From IMG/VR virus record IMGVR_UViG_3300017989_000126, positions 1-60,652 of that record: a stretch of DNA of 60,652 nucleotides; one strand, given 5' to 3'. This stretch comes from a virus. Its lineage: Duplodnaviria; Caudoviricetes. The notes beneath the pieces are model-generated. The model was given only the letters and a program-made list of their open reading frames with translations, had not been told where the DNA came from and did not search any database. Position numbers and translations under genes: made by a program. This document shows, one piece after another, positions 47,158 through 55,689 of the stretch; position 1 is the stretch's first letter; the number at the start of each line of letters is the position of its first letter.

Positions 47158-47898
47158 ATGGCAACTAAAGAAAGATATCAAAACCCTGTTGTGAACGACA
47201 CAATTAATTTAAGAATGTTTACTTACAACAGTGCTAATTTGGCAGATGTGTCAGGTATCGAAAAGGTAGACATTTATTACCTTGATCCACAAGAAGTTAC
47301 AGAAACAAATGCAGATGGGCGAAGATTAGTAGAAAGCATAGATGGTTCTGGTGTCACTGTCGAAGACACTGGAACACATCTTGTCACAATATCTGCTGAA
47401 ACAACCAAATATGTCATAGGTCAATATCTTGACATTTGGTCAATTACAATGGAATCCGATGAACCGGATCAAACCATTGAAAACTGTTTCACAATTTACC
47501 CAGACCTATGGTACACAACTCCTACTCCTGTTGTGTATGATTTTAATTTTCACTTTCAGCCAAACAAGCTCAGAAAAGGCTCTAAACAATACTTGATTGC
47601 GGAAATCATACCAAATGTTCCGAGAGGATCTGATTTGGAACGATACTATCACAATTTAGCTATTGTAAGTGATCTTAAAGTCACAATTGAACAAGAGTGT
47701 GGAGATTGCTTGCCTGAAGAACGAGATCTTAGAATCGTAGTTGATGAAGAAAGTGTTGGTTATCGTGAAATGCGATACGGATACTATCAGCTTGATACTA
47801 CTGATTTAAATTGTGGGATTTACAATGTTACATTCAAGCTGGAATTTGGTGATAATATTTTTATTTCAGACCGAATGCCATTGCAAATTTATGATTGA
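47158..47898 (+). CDS. Putative virion structural protein (Ig-like beta folds)
   Basis: Two beta-rich repeats with G.Y motifs. Confidence 0.6.
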   Translation: MATKERYQNPVVNDTINLRMFTYNSANLADVSGIEKVDIYYLDPQEVTETNADGRRLVESIDGSGVTVEDTGTHLVTISAETTKYVIGQYLDIWSITMESDEPDQTIENCFTIYPDLWYTTPTPVVYDFNFHFQPNKLRKGSKQYLIAEIIPNVPRGSDLERYYHNLAIVSDLKVTIEQECGDCLPEERDLRIVVDEESVGYREMRYGYYQLDTTDLNCGIYNVTFKLEFGDNIFISDRMPLQIYD

Positions 47899-47938
47899 TA
47901 TTTAGAAAACATTACTCTTACAAGTCATTGGAGAAATA

Positions 47939-48454
47939 ATGGAAACAGTATCAATAGATCAGACAAACGTCCCTCAGCCTACAAAGCTCCCGGATTGGAA
48001 TAATTTTTGGTTGATTCCAGCCAGCAGTCCACATCTCAGAGAATTTGTACTTTCGGCAGAATGGAGTTACAGAGATAAGACTCTGTCTTTTGAACTCAAA
48101 GAAACACCAGCATTTTCTGCCTTTGATTGGTTCAGTAAACTTCCAAATGATACAGATAATGAAGAAATAATTGCTGTTTGTTTCTTTGATGATGACAATT
48201 TGGAAATTGCCAGATTGGAATTCAAAGGATTAGCTTTGTCTGGTCACAGGTGTGAATTAAACGATGGTGAAGAAGATGAAGATGAAGACAATGATTTGAT
48301 TCATGAGCTGATTTTGAGATTTCAATCAGTAAAACGTGTTCGTGGGAATCAACAATCCCTAGAAAATGTTCACAAAAAATTTCAGGAAGTAGCTGATGAA
48401 GAATGGAACGGTGAACAAAAAGAACTGGTGACAAGCACAATTCTTGATCACTGA
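47939..48454 (+). CDS. Hypothetical protein, possibly divergent tail-tube fold
   Basis: GGAG RBS; FFDD....I..LEF and terminal L.LRF pattern. Confidence 0.5.
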   Translation: METVSIDQTNVPQPTKLPDWNNFWLIPASSPHLREFVLSAEWSYRDKTLSFELKETPAFSAFDWFSKLPNDTDNEEIIAVCFFDDDNLEIARLEFKGLALSGHRCELNDGEEDEDEDNDLIHELILRFQSVKRVRGNQQSLENVHKKFQEVADEEWNGEQKELVTSTILDH

Positions 48455-48467
48455 AAAAAAAAAAGAC

Positions 48468-48577
48468 TTGACAGAAAATTTCAGGTCCGATATAGATACG
48501 TTTGCTTGGTGAGGCGTGCCGTGTGGCAAAAGTCACGTAGTGCAGCAATCGGCTGCGAATTTGCAACAATAGGTTGC
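48468..48577 (+). promoter_or_regulatory. Sigma70-like promoter and triple-hairpin leader
   Basis: TTGACA (48468), 17 bp spacer, TATAGA; hairpins at 48521-38, 48542-56 and 48563-77. Confidence 0.5.
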
Positions 48578-48600
48578 GTAGACAATTTAGGAGGTAGACT

Positions 48601-49620
48601 ATGTCTATCCAAGATATGTACGATTCCGTACAGACGTTGCTCGAAGAGCACAATGAGGCCATCGCCCCCGGTAAAACAAATGAACCGGGACAAGTTGATC
48701 CGCAAAAGATGATCAACTGCTTAAAAGCTGCTGGTGGCACTACCACTGATCGCCTGAAAGCCTTCAAATATGAAGACATTTTGCAGTGTCTTCCTGCTGT
48801 GGAAGGTATTGAAACAGGCCGTCTTGTTAAACCAATTGCTCTTGCTAAAGACATTGCCAAAGTTTTCCGTGGAAACACCACAGAGGCTTCCGACGAACCA
48901 AGGCGACCAGTTTCCAGCAAAAAAGCGTCTCGCATGACGCCAAAAGAGCTTTTGGAAAGTTTTGATCCCGATGAACCAAAGTCACCCATTGGGAAACGCC
49001 TCGCTGAAATTTCACGAGGTGAACCATGTCTGATTTACAAAGATGAAACAAGCCGAATCCTTGACATTGATACGTCATTGGCTCACCTCAAAGAGGCGAA
49101 ACAGGGACTTCCGGGTGTTGAATCCTTTAAAGTCGGGGATGAAATCAAAAAGGTTTATCGAGTTGGTGAATTGCCTCAAAACTTCACTGATGAAAACCCA
49201 ATTTATCCCGGTCGTCCACTTCGCTTAGGTGGAACATGCGACCAAACGAACCGTTCATGGGAAGGTGTTGGTCTTAGCATTCGTCAAATGGTACGTCTTG
49301 TTACTGAGTTTGAAAACATTGAACTCGATATTGACAAATCTAACGATTTGATCGACAAAGCTGTTGGTCCAGATGCCTTCAAGCAACTTCGAGATCGTTA
49401 CCGTAAAGCAGCTCTGAGATTTGATGAGCTGAAACAAACGGGAGATCTTCCAAAGCTAAAAATTGCTCTTGGGCAATTGGAAGGAGCTTCTCCAAAAGGA
49501 GGTCGCCCTTTTGATGGAGGCCGAAGAGTAGACATGTTTGCTGCCAGTTCCCCTGTTTTCCACGAAGGGGTATGGTCTGCATCTGAAAGCTATCTTCGTG
49601 CCAATCGAGCCGGTAAGTAA
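48601..49620 (+). CDS. Hypothetical protein
   Basis: AGGAGG RBS, 339 aa. Confidence 0.8.
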   Translation: MSIQDMYDSVQTLLEEHNEAIAPGKTNEPGQVDPQKMINCLKAAGGTTTDRLKAFKYEDILQCLPAVEGIETGRLVKPIALAKDIAKVFRGNTTEASDEPRRPVSSKKASRMTPKELLESFDPDEPKSPIGKRLAEISRGEPCLIYKDETSRILDIDTSLAHLKEAKQGLPGVESFKVGDEIKKVYRVGELPQNFTDENPIYPGRPLRLGGTCDQTNRSWEGVGLSIRQMVRLVTEFENIELDIDKSNDLIDKAVGPDAFKQLRDRYRKAALRFDELKQTGDLPKLKIALGQLEGASPKGGRPFDGGRRVDMFAASSPVFHEGVWSASESYLRANRAGK

Positions 49621-49637
49621 TCAACGCAAATAAGAGC

Positions 49638-49667
49638 ACCGATCCGGTTCGTTGCCGGATCGGTTTT
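49638..49667 (+). terminator. Intrinsic terminator
   Basis: ACCGATCCGG..CCGGATCGGTTTT. Confidence 0.75.
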
Positions 49668-49733
49668 ACAAAGTTTATGTGATACTCATGTAAACTCACT
49701 ACAAATACAACCCCATGAAGGGAAAAAATATCA

Positions 49734-50729
49734 ATGAGTAAAAAACCAAGAACCCATGTTTTGTTTGTCGTTGACCGGTCGTCATCTATGAGCACAACCA
49801 AAAAACAAGCTGTTGATGGCTTTAATGAACAAGTTGATCAACTGAGAGAGGATTCAAAAGATCAGGACATTCGTGTTTCTCTGGTCACATTCAATGGCAA
49901 TGTCTATGAGCATTTCTGGGATCAACCAGTCGATACTCTGGAGAATGCTAAACACAAAGATTTCAAACCCAGTGGTTCCACATCATTTTATGATGCCTTG
50001 GGTTATGGAATTCAAAAACTTCAGGAAACAACAGACACTCAAGATGAGAACAATGCTTATCTTGTAATCTCAATTTCTGATGGTGGAGAAAACTCTTCAA
50101 AGTTCTACGTCAATGGAAGTTTGAAAGAAATGGTAGAAGGCTGTCAGCTTAGCAAAAGATGGACATTCACATATATGGGATGTTCTGAAGCTGTACTGGC
50201 AGAAGTTGCTCAAGCTACTTCTATTCCTGTTTCCAATATGGCTGTTTGGGCAAATCAAACAGCCGATGCTGCAACTCGTGGAATGTCTGGTACACGTAAG
50301 AGAATGAAGTCTTACATGACCAATCGAACCAAAGGCACTGTGTCTGCTGAATGTTTCTATTCAGCAGATGTTGGTACAGCTATGAACTTTTCAGACGTTG
50401 ACGAATCTTCTGTTTCTATTAACACATTTGGTAATACATCAGGAACATTTGCTGATACATCAAATTCAGTTGTTGAATCTACAGATACAGATACAGATTC
50501 GGTAAAAGATTACAATTTCGATAAGTTGCGTGAATCTCAACTTCCTGAATACACTTGTCGAAAAGCAGAAGAAAGGGGGACTATCTTTGGGTGTTCCAGC
50601 ATGGTTGAATTCAAAGGAAAAGAAGGAGAAGAAACCTCTGATTTTGAATATCCCAATGCACAAATGTGGAATTCAATGAGGCGAGGTGGTCCTGATGTTT
50701 ATCGAAAGATGACCTCTAAATTGTCTTAA
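49734..50729 (+). CDS. vWA domain protein
   Basis: DRSSSM, TSFYDALG, ISDGGENSS, WTFTYMG. Confidence 0.85.
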   Translation: MSKKPRTHVLFVVDRSSSMSTTKKQAVDGFNEQVDQLREDSKDQDIRVSLVTFNGNVYEHFWDQPVDTLENAKHKDFKPSGSTSFYDALGYGIQKLQETTDTQDENNAYLVISISDGGENSSKFYVNGSLKEMVEGCQLSKRWTFTYMGCSEAVLAEVAQATSIPVSNMAVWANQTADAATRGMSGTRKRMKSYMTNRTKGTVSAECFYSADVGTAMNFSDVDESSVSINTFGNTSGTFADTSNSVVESTDTDTDSVKDYNFDKLRESQLPEYTCRKAEERGTIFGCSSMVEFKGKEGEETSDFEYPNAQMWNSMRRGGPDVYRKMTSKLS

Positions 50730-50745
50730 TCGATATCAAACGAAT

Positions 50746-50776
50746 AAAAGCCCGGTTGTCACAACCGGGCTTTTTT
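50746..50776 (+). terminator. Intrinsic terminator
   Basis: AAAAGCCCGGTTG..CAACCGGGCTTTTTT. Confidence 0.85.
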
Positions 50777-50835
50777 ATTGAACCTCTGCAAAAAATTTGT
50801 GTCCTTGAGTAACTTATACTCTCAAGAGAATTATC

Positions 50836-51477
50836 ATGAAACATTACCCAAGCATCAATAGTGCCTCAAAGGCACCCAGAGAGCCCTGTATAGGGTTTGT
50901 GAAATACGATGGAACCAACTTCAGAGCGGAATGGTCTCGGAAGCGTGGTTGGTATAAATTTGGCGTAAGAAATCGCCTCATCGACGAAAATGAAGACATC
51001 TACGGCCCATCAATCCCATTGTTTTTGAACAAATACAGCGACGAACTGGTCAAGGTTTTCAAAGCACACAAGAAGATCAAAACCTGTCAGAGCGTCATCG
51101 TGTATGGTGAATTTTTCGGAACAAAAAGTTTCGCAGGTTCTCATATGCCCTGCGAAGACTGGGATGTGGTTTTATTTGATGTGAATCCACATAAGCAAGG
51201 GTTCATATCTCCACGGGAATTCGTTGATGAATTTGGCCATCTCAATGTCGCCGAGGTAATTTACCAAGGTGATCTCACTGATCAATTTATTGAAAACGTC
51301 CGAAACTCTGATCTTGACTTTGAATCAAAGTATAAGGTAAAAACAGAGGTTCCTGAAGGCGTGATTGTCAAAGGCGGATCAGGTCACCGGCTCTGGATGG
51401 CGAAAGTCAAATCCCTTGCCTACAAAGAAGCTCTCAAGAAAAGATATGAGGCTGATTGGATAAAATTCTGGGAATAA
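50836..51477 (+). CDS. ATP-dependent RNA ligase-like protein (Rnl2-type adenylation domain)
   Basis: KYDGTN, YGEFFG, LFDV, EGVIVK, AKVK. Confidence 0.8.
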   Translation: MKHYPSINSASKAPREPCIGFVKYDGTNFRAEWSRKRGWYKFGVRNRLIDENEDIYGPSIPLFLNKYSDELVKVFKAHKKIKTCQSVIVYGEFFGTKSFAGSHMPCEDWDVVLFDVNPHKQGFISPREFVDEFGHLNVAEVIYQGDLTDQFIENVRNSDLDFESKYKVKTEVPEGVIVKGGSGHRLWMAKVKSLAYKEALKKRYEADWIKFWE

Positions 51478-51482
51478 GCAAG

Positions 51483-51767
51483 ATGCTTGATGAAAAAGCT
51501 TACGAACTGATTCGCTCTTGGAGAAGGGGTGAAATAAATGGAAATCAGTTTGATTATCGATTACAACTACTAGGTGTGACAGAAGCTTATTGCAGATCTG
51601 TCACAAAAGAAAAAGATGCTGAATGTATTCGAGCAGTTGTCAAAGAAGCCGCTGTTTTGGCTTTTGGGACAATGTTGTTTGTCAGCTTTATTTTCAAAAG
51701 CGGAGATTTAAGACTCGTTGAAAAACGGGAGAATCAAAGATACATTATGAACATCATTCGAATCTGA
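51483..51767 (+). CDS. Hypothetical protein
   Basis: ORF with one hydrophobic segment. Confidence 0.5.
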   Translation: MLDEKAYELIRSWRRGEINGNQFDYRLQLLGVTEAYCRSVTKEKDAECIRAVVKEAAVLAFGTMLFVSFIFKSGDLRLVEKRENQRYIMNIIRI

Positions 51768-51941
51768 ACTTGTAACAGTCAATAAAACTTCTCTTACTTG
51801 CGGATCGAGCCCCACTACACTCCACTTATCATCTGCAAGACTTTCCAACCATACTCTTGTTTTCCCTCCCTCCGGGAAGGATTTAATAACAGCGTTTTTT
51901 GATAAAGAACGGCTGAATCTTTTATAAGGTGAAATTGCCAT
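51708..51941 (-). CDS. Hypothetical protein
   Basis: ATG 4 nt after TATATA. Confidence 0.5.
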   Translation of the reverse strand: MAISPYKRFSRSLSKNAVIKSFPEGGKTRVWLESLADDKWSVVGLDPQVREVLLTVTSSDSNDVHNVSLILPFFNES

Positions 51942-51955
51942 GCTTTATATAGCAA

Positions 51956-52120
51956 TCAAAAACCCTCTTTCTTCCAAGGGACATTGATCTTTCTGCGGCG
52001 TTTTAATTCGTTGTCGATAGCTTTAATTTCTGGCTTTAATTGTCCTAGCGTATTATGACGAATAAGCACTTTCAACGTTTGTAAAAGCTCTTTTGTGGAA
52101 TATAAATGAAGCCCTTCCAC
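51956..52120 (-). CDS. Small protein ending WKKEGF (tandem paralog 3)
   Basis: GTG start overlaps the upstream TAG. Confidence 0.7.
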   Translation of the reverse strand: MEGLHLYSTKELLQTLKVLIRHNTLGQLKPEIKAIDNELKRRRKINVPWKKEGF

Positions 52121-52287
52121 TAAAACCCCTCTTTTTGCCAAACAATTATATTTTCTCTTCGCTTCAATTCGATACGAATTTCCTGTACATGCTTTGCTAA
52201 AATACCAGACATATCTTCGCACATCAAATAAGCCTTGAGCCTACGTTGCAATTCTTCTGTTGGCTCAAACAACAAAAGAGATCGCAT
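52120..52287 (-). CDS. Small protein ending WQKEGF (tandem paralog 2)
   Basis: TGATG coupling; ELKRR motif. Confidence 0.7.
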   Translation of the reverse strand: MRSLLLFEPTEELQRRLKAYLMCEDMSGILAKHVQEIRIELKRRENIIVWQKEGF

Positions 52288-52484
52288 CAAAAACCTTCTT
52301 CTTTCCAAGAAAGCTTTTTCTTAGGTTTTTGAAAACAATTTTTAATTCTGTTATGTCGCAACATAAGTTCGGCAGATATAGCCGCTGCTTTATCTTCAGG
52401 AAGATTAGTATAATCTTTCCATTGCAACGACCTAATCAGGTCACCGATTGGCACATGAGAAAGGTTCATTTTTGAACAAGCCAT
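52287..52484 (-). CDS. Small protein ending WKEEGF (tandem paralog 1)
   Basis: ELMLR motif and shared tail. Confidence 0.7.
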   Translation of the reverse strand: MACSKMNLSHVPIGDLIRSLQWKDYTNLPEDKAAAISAELMLRHNRIKNCFQKPKKKLSWKEEGF

Positions 52485-52702
52485 CCAAGAGGATTATCTA
52501 AATGACGGCCCGGAGCATTTGCTGGAAGCTTAGCCATTCCTTTAATGACTTTTTGCCATGGCATGAATATTTTTCGACTGGTGCTTTTCATACGAAATTC
52601 AATTCCGTCTTTTTTCATGGTTACAATCACGTCGCCAGAATTTCCAAATTCATCTTCTAGCTCCACTTCCCTTGAGACAGGCTTTACTAGCTTAGTCGCC
52701 AT
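52466..52702 (-). CDS. Hypothetical protein
   Basis: 78 aa coupled ORF. Confidence 0.65.
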   Translation of the reverse strand: MATKLVKPVSREVELEDEFGNSGDVIVTMKKDGIEFRMKSTSRKIFMPWQKVIKGMAKLPANAPGRHLDNPLGWLVQK

Positions 52703-53112
52703 TCTGCACCTTTTCCTTCAATTAGAAACTCTCGAACTTTATCCCACCCCATGAAACCACCAAGGTTTCTGTCGTCAATGTGCCATGTTGCATGAGGCTT
52801 ACGTGTATCGCAATTATAACATGATCGAAAATCAAAATCAAGTATGGTCTCATTAACAGCATCAAACTCTATGCCATTATGCTTGCAAAAATCAACTGCA
52901 TCCTTGAGATATTGTTTGTCTATTTTATGTCGAACATCTTCTCTGCATGTCCATAAAATAAGTTTGTAACCATATTGTTGAAGTTCTTTTAAAACCTCGA
53001 AAGCTCCCGGTAACGTTTCCCCAATATCAGGAAAACTGTGCTCGACAATAGTTCCATCAAAATCAATCAACAACACGCCTTTCATTCCTCTACTCCACTT
53101 AAAGTAAACCAA
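52687..53112 (-). CDS. HAD-superfamily phosphatase (capless type)
   Basis: IDFDGT, WTCR, KP, IDDR. Confidence 0.85.
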   Translation of the reverse strand: MVYFKWSRGMKGVLLIDFDGTIVEHSFPDIGETLPGAFEVLKELQQYGYKLILWTCREDVRHKIDKQYLKDAVDFCKHNGIEFDAVNETILDFDFRSCYNCDTRKPHATWHIDDRNLGGFMGWDKVREFLIEGKGAEWRLS

Positions 53113-54521
53113 AATCTGGAACCTTCGCCAATGTTGGATTCCACTCCGATTTCTCCATCGTATTCATGAACAATTCTTTTAGCAATAGCTAAACCAGCAC
53201 CAATTTTGCCATTGGGGTTTAATACTTCAAACATTTGAAAAATCTTATCATGATATCTTGGTTCTATTCCGGGACCATCATCTTTGATGATGAATTTTCC
53301 ATTATCGTAAATCACATCAATTTCAACTACGGATTCATTCGAGTGTTCAATTGCATTTTCTATAAACACATTGAATAACATTTGCATTTGGTGACGATTG
53401 GCATTTATCACAGGAAGATTAACTACGTTTAATTCAATATCTTTTCCAATGGAATTGACACCAACACAATTTTGGACTACTTCAGAAATATCAATCTCTG
53501 ATCTAAAATCAGAATTAGGTATCTTTGTATATTCTAAAATGGCATCTATTAACCCATGCATTTTGGTTGATTTCTTTTTGATAGCTTTAAGGTGAGTTAA
53601 AGCCTCATCTGTAAGATGTTTTGGATCAATGTCTTCTTCAAGCCAATTTGCTAAATTGGAAATAGCTCTCAGGGGAGATTTGAGATCGTGTGAAGAAAGT
53701 CTAATAAAGCCTTCAAGATCTTTAACTAAACTTTCCACACGTTTCAAGTGTCTTTCACTTGCTTCAATTTCTGTAATATCTTCGATTTGAGAAACTGTGT
53801 GTATAAAGTTTCCATTTTCGTCTCGAACAACTGAAACAGTAAGTCTTACTGGAAATACCGTGCCGTCTTTTTTGATGTATCTTTTCCGCATTTGATACGT
53901 GTCTAAAGTGCCAGCTAAAACCTGTTTAAATTGATCCCAGTCTGGTTTGATATCATCTTCCAGAGTATGATCCATAAAAGTCATGGACAAAAGTTCTTCT
54001 TCTGTATATTGAAGCATTTCGCAAATAGCAGGATTAACTTTCAGCCATTCTCCACCTGCGGACACCAATCCCATGCCAATACCAGAAGCGTAAAACGCTC
54101 GTTCAAATCTATCTTTTTCTACGTCGAGTTCACCTGCTGAAGCTATGAATTTCAATGCTTTTGTTTGAACAAAAATCAATAAATAAACAGCGGTAATGAC
54201 AGAAACAAATGCCGTTAAGAATTTCAGCATTCCTGAAATTCTGTAAATGGGATTATAGAAGATGCACGCTTCTATCAAATGCGTAAAACCACAAAGGAAA
54301 ATGAACAAAGAAAACAAAACAAGAAAAGTTTTAATCTTCTTGAGATTAGTGCTCATTCTGTAAAGAATAAACAAGAGCCCTACAGGAATAGCAAAATAGG
54401 AAACAAAAATTGTAATGTCAGAACAAATATGAAGCCAACCTTCAAATTGACTCCAATTTCCGCAACTCCATCTTGCTGGATAGTCAGATGTGTCAAATAG
54501 TTTTTTGAAAAATTCTAACAT
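53082..54521 (-). CDS. Sensor histidine kinase: ethylene-receptor-like TM domain, PAS, HisKA, HATPase
   Basis: SD....SYFAIP, FLCGFTHL, PAS, SHDLKSPL, ENAI, DDGPGI, GAGL. Confidence 0.9.
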   Translation of the reverse strand: MLEFFKKLFDTSDYPARWSCGNWSQFEGWLHICSDITIFVSYFAIPVGLLFILYRMSTNLKKIKTFLVLFSLFIFLCGFTHLIEACIFYNPIYRISGMLKFLTAFVSVITAVYLLIFVQTKALKFIASAGELDVEKDRFERAFYASGIGMGLVSAGGEWLKVNPAICEMLQYTEEELLSMTFMDHTLEDDIKPDWDQFKQVLAGTLDTYQMRKRYIKKDGTVFPVRLTVSVVRDENGNFIHTVSQIEDITEIEASERHLKRVESLVKDLEGFIRLSSHDLKSPLRAISNLANWLEEDIDPKHLTDEALTHLKAIKKKSTKMHGLIDAILEYTKIPNSDFRSEIDISEVVQNCVGVNSIGKDIELNVVNLPVINANRHQMQMLFNVFIENAIEHSNESVVEIDVIYDNGKFIIKDDGPGIEPRYHDKIFQMFEVLNPNGKIGAGLAIAKRIVHEYDGEIGVESNIGEGSRFWFTLSGVEE

Positions 54522-55057
54522 TAAATCTCAAACCAAAACTTTTCATTTGTTGACGATAACAACTTTTCCAAAGTTCCAATATTCCAATCACGATAAACAA
54601 ATGAGTAGTCAAAATTTGACACGCTGATATCTGTGTTCTTGGCAATAAAAATCCATGGTTTACGACTTCGCTTCCAAAGAATGATTGGTTTACGTCCACT
54701 TTGTTCAGCATCATGTGTAGATTGTTCTATAAATTCATCAAGTCTGGCACAGCCACCATCTAAAACGCTGCTAAAATCCACATCATTGTCGTACCCACCT
54801 TTACATTCAATAACCCACTTAAACCCTTCAGGACAACACAAGTCGCCAATAAATGAATCTCTTGCATGTGCAGGCATAGATGTAACTTGGCTCCATCGAT
54901 TGCCGGAACCAACAGATCGAGAAAATTCTTTTTTGAAATGTTTGGTAAGAAGCTTGCAGAGTTCCAGTTCAACTCTGTTTCCTTTTCTTTTGCCATTTAC
55001 TCTCTTTTTGTCGCTGCTCATGTTTTCAAAAATATCGTCAATATCAAGATCATCCAT
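54521..55057 (-). CDS. Holliday junction resolvase-like nuclease
   Basis: NGKRKGNRVE, GSG, GDL, IECK. Confidence 0.8.
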   Translation of the reverse strand: MDDLDIDDIFENMSSDKKRVNGKRKGNRVELELCKLLTKHFKKEFSRSVGSGNRWSQVTSMPAHARDSFIGDLCCPEGFKWVIECKGGYDNDVDFSSVLDGGCARLDEFIEQSTHDAEQSGRKPIILWKRSRKPWIFIAKNTDISVSNFDYSFVYRDWNIGTLEKLLSSTNEKFWFEI

Positions 55058-55160
55058 ACAAATATGTATGATTATTGACTAATAACATCCTTTAATTTTA
55101 GGATAACGTATAATGAACGAAATGAAGAATATCCTTGGTTTACACACTAAATAGAGTGCT

Positions 55161-55688
55161 ATGTTCAACAAATTTACAGAATGGGCTAATTACAAGCTTG
55201 AAGAATCAACCGCTGAATCCGCACCTAAAACAAAAATGCCGGAAAAGGGCGATATTGTCATCAAGCGGCCCAGTGCTGTCTTTTGGGATGACCGTAAGCC
55301 AAAATCGTCTTGGGTAAAATGTCCAAGCAATAGAAATCTGAATAATACTTCTATGACAATGTATATTGTCATAGGAGATCAGGACTTTGGGCATGACGGT
55401 AAAATTCCGGCTCTCAACACCAGCCCTGCCAAAAATAGAAGCAGAAAGAAAACTTGGCTGGACCCGGAACATTTATTTGATATTACGGACATCTACAAGC
55501 CAGAAGACAGAAAAGGCAATAATGTTTGGTTGAGAATACCGCCTGATTCCAAATATCGAGAGATATATGACTTTTGGAAACAAGAGTGTTTAGAAGAACC
55601 TATCGAAGAGAACAAAAACTACAAAAGAATGTGGAAAGTGGATTTGAATGAACAAAAGCTGTACAGAGAGTATCCAACAGGAGGGTGA
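55161..55688 (+). CDS. Putative virion protein
   Basis: MFNKFTEWANYKLEE start after TAAATA. Confidence 0.65.
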   Translation: MFNKFTEWANYKLEESTAESAPKTKMPEKGDIVIKRPSAVFWDDRKPKSSWVKCPSNRNLNNTSMTMYIVIGDQDFGHDGKIPALNTSPAKNRSRKKTWLDPEHLFDITDIYKPEDRKGNNVWLRIPPDSKYREIYDFWKQECLEEPIEENKNYKRMWKVDLNEQKLYREYPTGG

Positions 55689-55689
55689 C

